DNA of 64,000 bases from Monosiga brevicollis MX1 (lineage: Eukaryota), in assembly GCF_000002865.3 (NCBI RefSeq), contig NW_001865080.1, positions 61,716-125,715 on the forward strand, written 5' to 3'. The notes under the pieces were generated by a model. That model saw only the letters and a list, made by a program, of their open reading frames with translations, was not told the DNA's origin and ran no database searches. Made by a program: the position numbers and the translations under genes. This document shows, one piece after another, positions 24,780 through 36,969 of this stretch (position 1 is the first letter of the stretch; every line of letters begins with the position of its first letter).

Positions 24780-25733
24780 GTGCCAGCTTTTGCGCGAGCC
24801 CGACATCACCCACCCGAGTCTCTGCCACGTCTCGGCAGCTACTTGACTTTTTTCCTTTGATTTGATAAATTTCGAACGCGTGACAATCTATTCCACGGCC
24901 ACCTCTCCCTTGTCTCTCTTCCACTCGCTCCTGCCTCGGTAGTTCACATGAATGAATCAAAGGATCACCACTCCTCGCTTGAGACATTTATAAAAGGAGA
25001 AGGGACTCGTTGTATGTTCGTTGATACTGCATCTGAGTGACTTTACAAAAACCAAAAACTGCGGTGTTTTTTTAACCAAAATTCAGACCTACCACGCTGC
25101 AACAAGACCTGCTCGCTTTCTGAGTGTGACGACATGTCTTTCCATATCCCTCTCCGCCCGGAAAGAGGGCCCGCTCAACATGCTGCAAAGCTTCTTTAGC
25201 AAACTACCACTCCAGACCACCGACAACATCACACTCGAACACGCGCACACGAAAAAACAAACCAAAGAGAAGAAGAAGAAGAAAAAGAAGAAAAATATTA
25301 AAAAATAAGCAAAAATTATCCTGAAATTAGCGAAAATACATGAGATCAAAATTTGGCTGCGACCGACAGTGACTCGGTCACAGCAATTTGGGAGGCATGT
25401 CCATCGCGCATAACATGCTGACGGAGCTCAGTGAGTGGTGCTTGTTTCTTGTTTGACATAGAGAATGGTGTGGGCAGGCGGTGCGTGCAGCGAGGGCCAC
25501 GGGTAACTTCACTTAGATCGTACGTTAGAAGAAAAAGAAAAAGGCTGAAAGCAGTTGCCACCACTAAAGCTTTGACACAAGACAGTCACGGAGATCGAGC
25601 CAGAAGGGACAGACTGTTACAAACACAGCGACAAACAAACAAACAAACAGACAAACAAGCAGATCTGCCTACGAACCAGGGTGTCGGCCCAGGCACACTC
25701 AGTGCTCAGCGGCTGACGCGGCAGGTTCCGCGC

Positions 25734-28700
25734 TCATGCGATTGTCTCGTAGACCCCATCTGCCCGAATGGAAACGCCTACAAAAGCCTCATCCTCATCC
25801 TCACTTTCGGTGCTGCCTGACATGTCGGGAGTGACAGCACTGTCCTCAGCGCCTTGTCCAATAGTACCGTAATGGGATACAATAGCCTCTTGGTTTTGAT
25901 AAGCTTCAAGATCGTCAGCAGTCAAGATTGCAGTCGGCACCTCCGCCTCGCCAGCCTCCTCAGCCTGGCTAGCCTCATCAGGCATGTCGCCTGACACCGC
26001 GTCGGGTAAGTTTTCATAGCCCTCATTGTGATCAATCTTGGGGCTGTCGATCTCATCGTTGTCGTTTAAACCCACCTCGTGCGGTTGCACGCCTTCCTTT
26101 AGGTTCTCGTATGGCTCATCGCGGTTGATGGCAACTGTAGAGGTATCAAGACCAGCGTTGGCGAGCTGCACCCCAAGGTGGGCGGGCGGAGGTGTTGGCA
26201 TGCCAGCGGTTGCATCCATGGAGGCGCGAGCGGACGATGATCCAGCAGCCTCTGACAACTCTGCCTCATCCTCCGAGTCGGGTGCCAACTCCAAACCGAG
26301 CGCCCCAGGGTCGTCCTTGAGATTCTCGTACGCATCGTCGTCAATGATGACAACGGAGCGATCCACTTCCTCAAAGTCGCCATCTAGTGTGCCAGCTGCC
26401 ACCTGGCCGCTGGCCGAAGAAGACAGGTTCTGGTATGGCAAATCGTCAATGATGCCGCCGCTGTGTACCTGGCCCGTCACGGGATCGGCGTCGCCCGACA
26501 AGTTCTCATATGGCTCATCGCGGTCCAGCAACGCCACTGGCTCGAGCTCATGACCTTCCTCCGGTTCAATGGCCTCTGCTTGATCCAATTCGCTAGGTGT
26601 TGCTGTGTCACCTGCCATCGCCTGAGACACGGGCATTGCAGTTTCCTGCACAGGGTCACCAGAATCGCTGGCCAAGCCCATTTCACTCGCCTCCGACGCA
26701 AGTTCACTCGCCGAGTGGTCCGAGGGTAAGAATGGCTCCTTCTCATCTGAACCGGCCGCAGCAATGTCATCGCCTCGGTCGCCATCGTGCTTATCGTCCT
26801 CGGGCAATGTTCCATCAGACTGTGAGAGCACAGCACTAGGTTCAGCGTACAGCATTTCTTGCTGCAGGGACGTGGGTTGATGGTAGCCGGCGCGCACGAC
26901 ATGCTGATCCGAGCTTGCTGGTTGTACGATGCTACGCCTAGCTACAACCTCTTCCACGTCTTCTAAATCGGCCGAGTCGGTGTCATTCTCACTCTCGTTG
27001 ACGATGGCAGCAATGATGTGCTGATCCCCATATAAAGATTCGTGCCGTGTCTCTTCCACGGGGATGTCATTGGTAGCCGTGGCAGCCTCAGTGCTGGTTG
27101 ACGTGGGGCGCATAGGTGCCTCTGTGACAGCCAATGGTTCATACGCATCCTCACTAGTCGGAGGAGTAGCCGTTGCCAGTGTATTGATCACACCTCGAGG
27201 TCCGGGCCGCGGGCGGGGGGTAGGTCGTGGGCGAGGTGCAGGTACCGGCGGGGCCTTGGATTCTTCGGAGCCTTCTTGCTGTTGCTCCTGTTGCTCTTGT
27301 TGCTGACGATGTCGTTGCTCGGATTTCGGCCGCTGGGCAGGCAGGGGCGGAGGGACTTGCACTCGAATTTCGTGGTGTCCCGTGCCATAAGTCACCTCGT
27401 TCTCAGCGAGGTGTCGTGCGGCCCCAAAGTCTCGAACGTCGCCGTACCCAGGATCGTAGTCGGAAGACGGCGCTCCGTATATGACACCGTCATCCGTCAT
27501 TACCTGGCCGGGAGCCGCCCGCAACTCGTGGTGCTCATCCACAGTGGAGTAGTCATACGCATCCACAACCGTGTAATCGTGATCAGCAATCTCCTTCATG
27601 CGATTGACGTTGTAGGGATATGAGTACTCGTGGTAGACGGGTAGTTCGCTGCCGTAGTCGGGGATGGAGGCTGAGTCGCGTGGATGTTCGTAGTCATCAA
27701 GCAATTCCTCGTGGTACACGGGTTCCGGATCAGCAGCACCCTGCGTGATGGCCTCACCATAACTCTCAGGGTTCTCCGCGTCCATACCACCAACCATGTC
27801 GTTACCTAGGTTGGGTTGAATGCCGAGAGCGGGATCACCGTACAGCGCTTCCTCCGGCACTGTGGCATCAACGGAGGCCTTGCGTGACGACAGTACGGGT
27901 CGACTTGGGCTCGGCGTTTCACCTCGAAATGAACTTTGGTGCGAGTCATGGCGGCTACTTGTGTTGCTCGGCACCTCATAGATGCCCAGCGCCGTTGGAT
28001 TTGGATCGCTCGGTACGGCGGTGCCTGCTCGAGGTTTAACAGCTACTTGAGGACGAGCCTGACTTCCCAACGGCTCAGAGGTGGGGCGCGGACGCGGTTT
28101 GACCGGCGGTGGTGCCCGTCTGACGGGGCCTGCGGGCAAAGCTGTATACTCCTCCTCAGACGCCTGCACTGCGGTGACTGCCGCAGTTGAATGTGAGATG
28201 GAAGCAGTTGGCAAAACGCTATATTCCTCCTCGGGTTGGTTGATTGCGGTAGCTTGCGCCCGTGGTAACACTGCATACTCTTCTTCCTCCGGACCAGCCG
28301 ACGCAGCAGAGGGTAGGGCGGTGTATTCTTCTTGCTGTGTGAGCACGGCCGTGGCGCGCGGGGGTCGAACAAGAGCCACGGCCTGGCTCGGGTGCCAATC
28401 TTCTTCCCCGGGTGTGGCCACGCTACGCTCGGCCAGCGTGGGCATGTTCATCAGGACCTGCGGGGCAAGTGTGTTGCTTGGGGCACCGTAAATTGCCTCC
28501 TCCCCCTCTTGTTCTGCTGCTTCGGACGCGTCATCACGGAGCGAGGAGTTGCGAGTCGGTGGTGGTGGCTTGGCCCGCGGACCAGCCACACTGACTCCCG
28601 ATGCTGCAGCGGCAGCCTGGGACCCGGCTCGGGCTTGCGCCTTGATGTCCGCCACGCGTTGACGCAGGTCTGCCAAGTGACCTTTGAGATCCATGCAGCG

Positions 28701-31293
28701 TTCCAGGGTGAAACCGTGCTCATTGAAATCTTCAGCACGCAGTGCAATGATTTGGCGCCCCACAAAGCCGTTGTTGTAAAACTTCTCCTTAAAGTCATCC
28801 AACTGGTGCAATTTGAGCCATCGGAGCACATCAGACGTTTCCCATTGCCGAGGGTCAAAGGCCAGGCCGGCAGTCTGAGGTACGTTTCGGACAAAAGTAG
28901 GCCTCCGAAAGCCATCGCGATCGCCCCCAGATGGGATGTAAGTGTCGTCATTGGCATCAGTGGAGCTCTGGGCGTACGTCGGGTCATAGACCTGATCATC
29001 TGCGTCGAGCAACAGGGTGCGACCAGCAGCAGCAGCTGGGACCGGTGGCAACGGACGCTCGGTGGATGCGCGCCCGTAGCGAGAGCCCGTGAGCGTAGCT
29101 GGGGCGACATAATTGGCACTGAGAGGCTGCGCGGTATGGGCTCGTCCAACGCGGTTCAAAGGGGGGCGCGGTGCATCAGACACCACGGGTCGAGGGCGGG
29201 GCACTACATCATAGGTATCATCGTCCCCGGATGGGTGAGCTTGCTGCCGCTGACCGGTCGAATTGAGTATTTGGCCAAAAAGCTCGGCGGCTTTCTCCGG
29301 GGTGAGGTGTTGACCATAGTTGACCGCGGGTGGGTGAGGATTGTCATGGTCGCCCCCTTGCTGGTTGGGATCACCATAGACGTGCTCTTGCTTCCAGCCC
29401 TGGTCTTCAATCACACCATAGGCTGTCTCTGGGCTCGCGTATTGGTCTGCTATCGTGCCGTACTGGTCATTCGGGGGAGCCGCAAGTACGGTGGCGTTGG
29501 CTGAGTAGACGTCGCCATACGTGTCTTGTGGCTGGTGGTCCAGGTGCTGCTCAGCGGACACAGATCAAGTGAGAACGGAATTGGCGTGTGCTCTGGCAAT
29601 GACCTCTGTGGCGGAGGTTACGTAGGGGTGATCAACCAACCTGGCCTCGGGTTTGGCTTGCGTACTGGCTATCAGTTACACGCGAGGCAGTCGCGACAAT
29701 CGCCATCATCCATTGCATGCGCTGGAGGAAGTACCAAGGAGGTTTCGCATTGCCAGGGACGAGGTGTTAAAAAAAAATATAAAAAAAAAAAAGAAAGAAG
29801 AAGAAATAAAAAGCTACGAGATCGTCCTCACGAACAACAACGGGCCCAGGGCTCGAGGAGCGGCGGCGGCAAGTGCGGCTGGCTTACCTCGGCTTCAGTT
29901 TCGGCACACATGAACTTGCATTCGGGGGGGGGGGTGGGGGAACACACTCGATAGCGCATCAATTCAAGTGCTCGGCTTGTACTAGGCCAAGGGGCATCGA
30001 GCGTGTTTTGCTTGCGCACCTCCTTTTGTGTAGCAGGCCAGAGCGGCTCAGTGGCAATCTTGAGACAAAAGCAGAGTCCTGGCCGAGGTGCTTTTTTATA
30101 GTTTCTACTCGCACAGAGATGAGGGTTGGTACATGTCGGTGACTGGTTTGTGCGAAAGAAGGACAAGGAAGGGTGCGATGGGAGAAAGTGAGGGGAAGCT
30201 CAGGGATATTCATGCTGCGTACCGAACGGCATAGACAAAGATGTTGCGACAGGACCACTGGCCCAGGTGTTGATCAAGTTGTTTCGCTTTGACGGGCTCA
30301 GCCTTGTAGTAGTAGAGTTTAAGCTATAGTTTGAGGAGTGCAAGTGGCGTCATGTGAGTGTGAGCCAGGTTGTGGACATGTGCAAATGCAGTGCTTCAAC
30401 GGACGTCATTTTTGGACAACATAAAGTGCCGCGTTTTCCATGACTTGTGTTGGCCTACGTGAAAAAAAAAAAAAAAAAAGAAAAGAGGTGAGGCAGAAAA
30501 GGTGAGGTTGGGCTTGATGTGATGATGCGTTTGTGGCCGTCTTGTACGACCAAAGAAAAAGAAAGAAAGAAAGAAAAGTGGGGGCGAGGGTCAAGGGCAT
30601 CAGGTTGTGAATCCAACAGGGTTGTAGAATACCTCCGCGCTTGTCGAGGCGGCCAGCCATGGATTCGGGCATTTGCAGCGCTTCTGGAATCTGTTGTGAA
30701 TACCAATCGCCTCGCGGTTAAAGCACATTGCGTTGGGCAACGAGAACCCTGGACTAGGCGCAAACGGATCGTGATCATACCAAGCGAAGCTCAAATCGGC
30801 ACATGTGGCGAAGCTCATCAGGCCAAGCGGCTGAAACGTTGATGACTGATTCTTCCGGGCCGAGCCAGCTGCAGGACGAGCCGAGCAAACAGGTTTGTTG
30901 AGAAGGCGAGCCCGTTACAGGCAGGCAGGCAGGCTGGTGGAGGCAACGTGCTGAACAAACCGCTCAATAGGTGGGATATTGAAGACCTCAGTTAGCTGGT
31001 AGATCATGTTTCGGGGGGCCGTCAGCTGAGCACGCTGCAAGCATTCTGCCGTAGCGTGGCTGGCACTGGTCGTCGAGTCAACCTGAGATCAAGGGGGCGG
31101 ATGAATCGAATTCAGGGTCGAGCATTGTCAGCACAGATGGGTTGGTGTGCTTGGGTAAGGGGGTGGGGGGAAGATGCACCCAACGAACCTCGATCAGAAC
31201 GGGGTCTTCAGAGTCTGGAACCGTGATGGCAATGCGGGCCTTCATTCCGGTGGCAAAGAGGCCAAGCCCTTGTGTGTCATGCGCAGCAGCCAT
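25734..31293 (-). CDS. RA-PH (Grb7/MRL-type) plus SAM adaptor with long tyrosine-motif-rich disordered tail; multi-exon, may extend further 5'
   Basis: RA: ARIAITVPDSEDPVLIE|VDSTTSA...YQLTEVFNIPPIER|WLGPEESVINVSAAW. PH: MAGRLDKRG|GQHKSWKTRHFML|LKLYYYK...VYAVR|NYKKAPRPGLCFCLK...KFMCAETEAE|RMQWMMAI. SAM: WETSDVLRWLKLHQLDDFKEKFYNNGFVGRQII (~28666-28845), inside the 1275-aa ORF. Confidence 0.82.
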
Positions 31294-32032
31294 GTCAAGG
31301 GGTGCCGATGAAATCAAATGTGGGGATCTTGAGGCAAGATTGCCCAGAGACGCAGGGCCCAAGACCCGAGGTCCGGGGCCAGTCCTTTGACAGAAGCGTC
31401 CTTTCCGGATTGATCGCCCTCAAGTGAGTCTTTACAGCTCAGGGCAGAGTGAGGGCGGGGGTAGGGGGGTAGGGGGGAGGTGTTTGGTGACGACACGGGC
31501 GTGAAATCAGCTGCTGGGCGCCATTTCTCCGCGCTTGCTGTGTCTAGTGTCGGCCAGGATCGTGAGGGTAGGCGGGCCTCTGGGGTCTGGGCAATGTTGA
31601 TGTATGGGCCTGGAGGAGCTGCAGCTCCGTCGACAAGCCCTTTCCCGAGTGAGTTGCCGCTGCCGGTGCGTGGAAGAAACGGCTGCGGCAGCAAGACTAC
31701 AACAGAACGAGCAGGCGTTGGTGTACCATGAGCACGTCGCGACTCTTCAAAAGCAAGCCCCACCAGTCTCGAGCACGCCAACGCGAGAGACAGAGCGACA
31801 GAGGAGACAGAGAAAAAGCCAAAGGGATGCAAGGAAGACAGGGGAGACCGAGAGAAAGGAGGACACGTCTCATCAAGCCAGACCCGGCCTGACGGAGATC
31901 CACCAGGTCTTGAAGAAGAGGGGAGACAGGCACAGGAGGCGAGCGAGCGTGCGAAAGCCACCAGGCACTGGAGCAGAGAGAGACGTACCGGTCAAAAGTC
32001 CAAATGGACTCAATAGCCTTTTTGTCTCTCTT

Positions 32033-32388
32033 TTCTCTGTCTCTGTCTCTGTCTCTGTCTCTGTCTCTGTCTCTGTCTCTGTCTCTGTCTCTGTCTCTGT
32101 CTCTGTCTCTGTCTCTTTTCTCTGTCTCTGTCTCTGTCTCTGTCTCTGTCTCTGTCTCTGTCTCTGTCTCTGTCTCTGTCTCTGTCTCTGTCTCTGTCTC
32201 TGTCTCTGTCTCTGTCTCTGTCTCTTTTCTCTGTCTCTGTCTCTGTCTCTTTTCTCTGTCTCTGTCTCTGTCTCTGTCTCTGTCTCTGTCTCTGTCTCTG
32301 TCTCTGTCTTTCTTTCTTTCTCAAACCGTCAATTCTCTAACCAATTCATTTCTCTCTGTGTGTCTCTGTTTTTCTCTCTCTCTGTGTG

Positions 32389-32423
<35 letters not shown>
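32033..32423. repeat. (GTCTCT)n hexamer satellite / pyrimidine-rich tract
   Basis: About 390 bp dominated by GTCTCT units. Confidence 0.97.
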
Positions 32424-32424
<1 letters not shown>

Positions 32425-32919
32425 AGTTTGTGTAGATACAGGCAGAGCTTTTGATGCAAATGTCATGGATATCGAAGATCTAGTAATATTTGTAACTATA
32501 ACTTATGTAGGTAATTACGCATAAAATGTAGAACACTGTTGGGCATGTCGATGATTATGGGGGGGGGTGAAACGCGGGGGAGGCTGCAGTTGACAGGCGC
32601 GGCTCGCCTCGGAGAGACATTGCGAGTTGGACAGGGGGGTGTTTGGGAGGTGGATCTGGCTGGATCAAGGCCTTGTGGTTGGTTTGAGGGATAGGTGGCC
32701 TCTGCAAAGTGGGCGCGTGCTTGTGCGCGCAGGGGGGTTGGCATGCAGCTGGCTTTGTGGTGTCAACCGCGTTGGTGTGTAGGTGAGTGTTGTGCGGGCG
32801 AGGCTTGTGGTTTGGCGATCAATGGGATTAATTGTTACATTCAAAGCGGGGAAACAGGGTCTGCGCAGCAGACAAAACCACACCTTTGGACTCATGGGTG
32901 CGAGTGTTCCCTTCCCTGG

Positions 32920-33498
32920 TCACAGCGAGCGCTGTCCCGCGAGGCACATGTGACGAATCAGCCACACATGCAAGGGGCGCGGTTCAGCATAGGGTATGCG
33001 AGCCCAGACATGACAGAGGTAGGCCCCTGAGATTCTGGTAAGAACGTTGAGGAAGGAGTTTGATCGGCGTTCTCGACAAACATAGGCCAGGACTTCTTCC
33101 ATGGACGGCTGCGTCGCAAAGAAGTCAGCAAGCTGTTGTAGCAGCCGGAGGCGCTCGTTGGTGGGTGAAAAAGCCTGCGTGCGTCTCTGATCATAGAGCT
33201 GCTCGTGAGCAATCGGCCAGGCGTTTGCCTCGCCCTTGAGCCAATCCCTGCACTCCTGGTCTGCTGCCTGGCCCATCACTTCGGAGATACAGCGGTACGC
33301 CATGCAGCGGAGGACGGCCGCGTTGGGCTGGTCCCGGCGATCAAGCACATAGGCCTGCACCTGGTCAAGCGATGGATAGGCGCAAAAGAAATCAACGGCA
33401 GGTCCGAGCCATTTCAATGGCCCAGCGCTCTTGGTCGCCAGAGCAAACATGGCTCGCTCACGACGGGATGGTGCCCAATATCGCTCGTGTGTGCCCAT
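32920..33498 (-). CDS. Hypothetical protein with an internal duplicated motif
   Basis: 192-aa ATG-initiated ORF with globular composition and two copies of DFFxxxPSxxxVxAYV; no family recognised. Confidence 0.5.
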   Translation of the reverse strand: MGTHERYWAPSRRERAMFALATKSAGPLKWLGPAVDFFCAYPSLDQVQAYVLDRRDQPNAAVLRCMAYRCISEVMGQAADQECRDWLKGEANAWPIAHEQLYDQRRTQAFSPTNERLRLLQQLADFFATQPSMEEVLAYVCRERRSNSFLNVLTRISGAYLCHVWARIPYAEPRPLHVWLIRHMCLAGQRSL

Positions 33499-34507
33499 GT
33501 CCGCAAAGGCCGAGCACGGCTTGAGTGGGCCCAGGCCACAGGGGAGGGTAAGCTAGCGAGCAGGCAGGCTTTGGTGAGCTGTTTTGTGGCAGCGCGCGTG
33601 CGTGGGTGCGCTCTTCTCTTTTCTGCTCGCAAGTGCAAAGTCACTCGGGCGGAGTCCACTCACCACTTGTGATACTTCATTCATTCTGAGCGGTCGATGC
33701 TTGCTTCGTTCGGGCAGCTGGTCTTGAAAGCAGCTCCAGTGACGTGGTGCCAATCGCGAGCCGACTCGGTGGAAAAGTGCAAGTGTGTGCGGGATCAACT
33801 CGAAACAAGCTTGAATCTTCTCACGAGAAACATGGCTTTAGTCCGAAACCAGTCGAGTCCGAAAAATCAGATACGCCTTCTCGTGCCATCCCCTTGTTCC
33901 CGCATCATCACAGCGGTGCTGATTCCTACCAGATCCCCCCCCTCTGCCTGTCCAGCCACCATCGACCGCCTCCCGCCAGCCCTGCCCCTTCTCCCCATCA
34001 CTGCCATTCACTGCTACACCCCCCTGCTCCCTTGTGCTCATGAGCTTCTGTCTGCGATTTTCAGACTGCTGTCAATGACTTGTCCGCAGTTTTGTGGTCC
34101 AGACATTTTGTCTGACAAATGTGCCATGGCGCGTTGGAGAAAGGGGAGATCAAAACGAAAAACAAGCTTTGCCGAGTACAAAGCGTCTACAAAAACGTGC
34201 CGGGTGCAAAGAGGTACTGGGTGCAAAGAGGTGCAGGGGATCTCGATTGGTCAAGGCACACGATGCCACAGGACGTAACGGGAAACCAACGGGCAGAGGC
34301 AAAAAAAAAAAGGGCCGAAACAACACCGGTGTATATGATCAACAAGGCACAGGGAGACAGACAGAGAAAAGAAAGGTGGGGACGACAGCAGAGACACGCA
34401 GTTCAATGGATGGAGGCTTGGGGCGCGTAAACGCAGGCTAATGTAGTCGGTGTTCTGAGCTTGAGAGGCCACAAGTACCGACATTTCCATTGGTGGCAGG
34501 CGGTGGC

Positions 34508-35584
34508 TTAGCCCGACATGACCGTGCGGACAAAGTCTGAGAAGAAGCAGGCACGCGAGGTAGTGATGAGGTGAAGCTCGCACGCGTTTTGATGCCCGTT
34601 ATCGTCGCCGGCGTCAAAAGTGCGGTACGCACCGGTATAGTTGACGCCACCGTTGCTGTCAATGGTGACGTTGGCAAGAAGGGCGTCGACCTCATCGTCG
34701 TTCAGCTTCTCACCCAGGCTGCACAGCACGTGACGAAGTTCTGTGACGGTCATCAGGCAGGCAAGGTGCATGGTGAGGACAAAGACAAGGCTGGTGTTGT
34801 GAGACGTGCGAGGTTAAACGTACCGGCAGCGCTGATGGTGCCGTTGCCGTCCTTGTCAAAGACACGCAGACCTGATGAATGGAGTAAACAAACCAAGACG
34901 CAAGCCACATTGAGAAATGACAAATCACAATCAAAACCAAGAGAAAAGGGCCTATTCGATGGCGGGGTGGAGCAAAAAGCAGGAGTGTGGGGTAGAATTG
35001 CCATATGGTGGCACTGGCAGTAGCGACCACAACTAACCCTCGATGTAGTCGGCCTCGGTGCCGGGGGGACGCTTGTCCTTGACGCGCTCAAGAAGGGGCA
35101 AAAACTCCTCAAAGCTAATGCGCTTGTCGCCGTCTGGAAGACGTCGGGAAGAAACGGGGATAGAATGTCAGGGGTGGAAAGCAACCATGGGACGGATACG
35201 TGGTGGCATTGGGCACGGCCATTTGTCAAAAGGATTGAGCACAAAAAAAAGAAAAAAAAAAGAAGAAAAAAAAAAAAGACCAAACGCACTGTCAGGATCG
35301 ATTTCGGATTGAATCTTGCGAATGTCTTCTTCGCTGGGGTTCTGGCCGAGGGCGCGCAGGACGGTGCCAAGGTCGCTCACGCGCACATTGCCGTCGCCCT
35401 TCTTGTCAAAGAGGCTGAAAGATTCGCGAAACTCTACATCAAGGGGACGTTGATTGAGCGTGACGGGCATGTCAGACGCGGGGCTGCGTGCTGGTCTGAG
35501 CAAGCCTCGCGGCCGAGAAGACATTTACGTACTCGCAACTTGGTCCTGGGAGAAGCTCTGTTCGTGGGCGGCGGAGAAGGGCAT
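34508..35584 (-). CDS. Myosin essential light chain (MYL6-like EF-hand protein); 6 exons
   Basis: FSQDQVA|EFRESFSLFDKKGDGNV...LGTVLRALGQNPSEEDI; RISFEEFLPLL; ADYIEG|LRVFDKDGNGTISAA|ELRHVLCSLGEKL; VNYT|DFVRTVMSG*. Confidence 0.92.
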
Positions 35585-36086
35585 GATCAAAAGTGAGTTG
35601 CTTCAAGGGGGTGAAGCGCATGTTCGGTGGAGGCATTGCCAGTGGGCACACCGCGCAACAATGTTGTTGATTGTGGGCGGGCGGGTCGTCCCAACACCGG
35701 CGGCAGTGATACAAAGGTTCATGTCATGCGGTACGCACCATGATGCTGGGTTTGCAGAGGTGCTACTGACGATCGCGCTGTCAAGAGATGCCTATCGCCG
35801 CGAGCAAGCCGAACAAGAATCAGAACCGCTTCGATGCTCTTTTTTTTTTTTTTCTCTCTTGTGCGTGTTTGGCGGTGGGCGTATGGATGAATCTACAAAT
35901 CACAAGTTGAGCTGGCAGAACCCAGCGAGGGCGGGTTTGTATATGACACGGCCACGGAGATTTGAGGTCGGCGTCTGCACACGCGCTGCCCTGTTCACTG
36001 TGTGTGCAGAGTCGCCGTCCGGCTTCCAGTTGGCTCGAGCGCTCACTCACCACAACAAAAAAAATAAAAAAAATCAGAAAATCACT

Positions 36087-36090
<4 letters not shown>

Positions 36091-36153
<63 letters not shown>
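36091..36153. repeat. (AG)n microsatellite
   Basis: Directly visible, between the divergent myosin light chain and tensin-like genes. Confidence 0.97.
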
Positions 36154-36157
<4 letters not shown>

Positions 36158-36268
36158 AGAGCCAAGAAACAGCGGCAAGAGCCAAAAGTATAACACTTGG
36201 TAATTTACACTCAAATTTTGCTGACAGTTTATCAAGTGTGCAACATAAATACACTTTAAATTGTTTCA

Positions 36269-36304
<36 letters not shown>

Positions 36305-36969
36305 AAAACAACAGCGACAACAGTACACACACACGGACGGTCGGTCTCTGGTCTGTTCTTCCGACGTGCTGGTGCTGGTGCTGCTGGTGCTGGTCGTGCT
36401 GGTGCTGGTGCTGCTGGTGCTGGTCGTGCTGGTGCTGGTGCTGTTGGCGCTGTTGGTGGTGGTGCGCCCTTGACGGTGCATTTGGGTCAAGAGGTGAGTT
36501 GAATCGGAGCAGCCAATTTTGGGGGTTGGGAGATGTTGAGAGGGGGGTGGCTGCGACGACCCGAGTGGTGGGAGCTGTGAGGCAGCATCGCCTTTTGCTC
36601 GTCTTACTGGTGTTGTTGTGGTTGTTAATCGTGTTTGAAAGGCGCCGTGCTCTGATGGCTGCCCCTGCCCGCCCGTATAGCTGGGTTGATTCGGCTTGGA
36701 CAGCCTGGGCACCACACCCCGTGGACAGGGGATTGCCTCGTTTGGCGCGTCAGGGTCCCACAGACGACTTGGACTAGCCTTCGTACTACGACTGGTGGTC
36801 CTTACCCAGGACGAGTGCCGCAAACGCTGACCTGGGGTGGCGCTGGTGGTCCTGGGTGGGACGGCGGTGGTCCAAGCTTCCGTCCGCGCGGGCATCGCGG
36901 CACGACACCGTCTCAGACCTGGAACAAGACGCTCAAAAGGTGGTCTGGACGCGCAATGGCACCGACCAG

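Noticed and set aside
28332..29504. 390-aa plus-strand ORF
   Set aside because: Antisense shadow of the large adaptor exon.
31314..31961. Pro-rich ORF with PYINI and PPYP motifs as extra N-terminus of the RA-PH adaptor
   Set aside because: I could not find a convincing in-frame splice to the RA exon; left out of the model but not excluded.
31604..32524. ORFs with (SV)n, (LC)n, (RD)n and (RQ)n runs
   Set aside because: Translations of the GTCTCT satellite.
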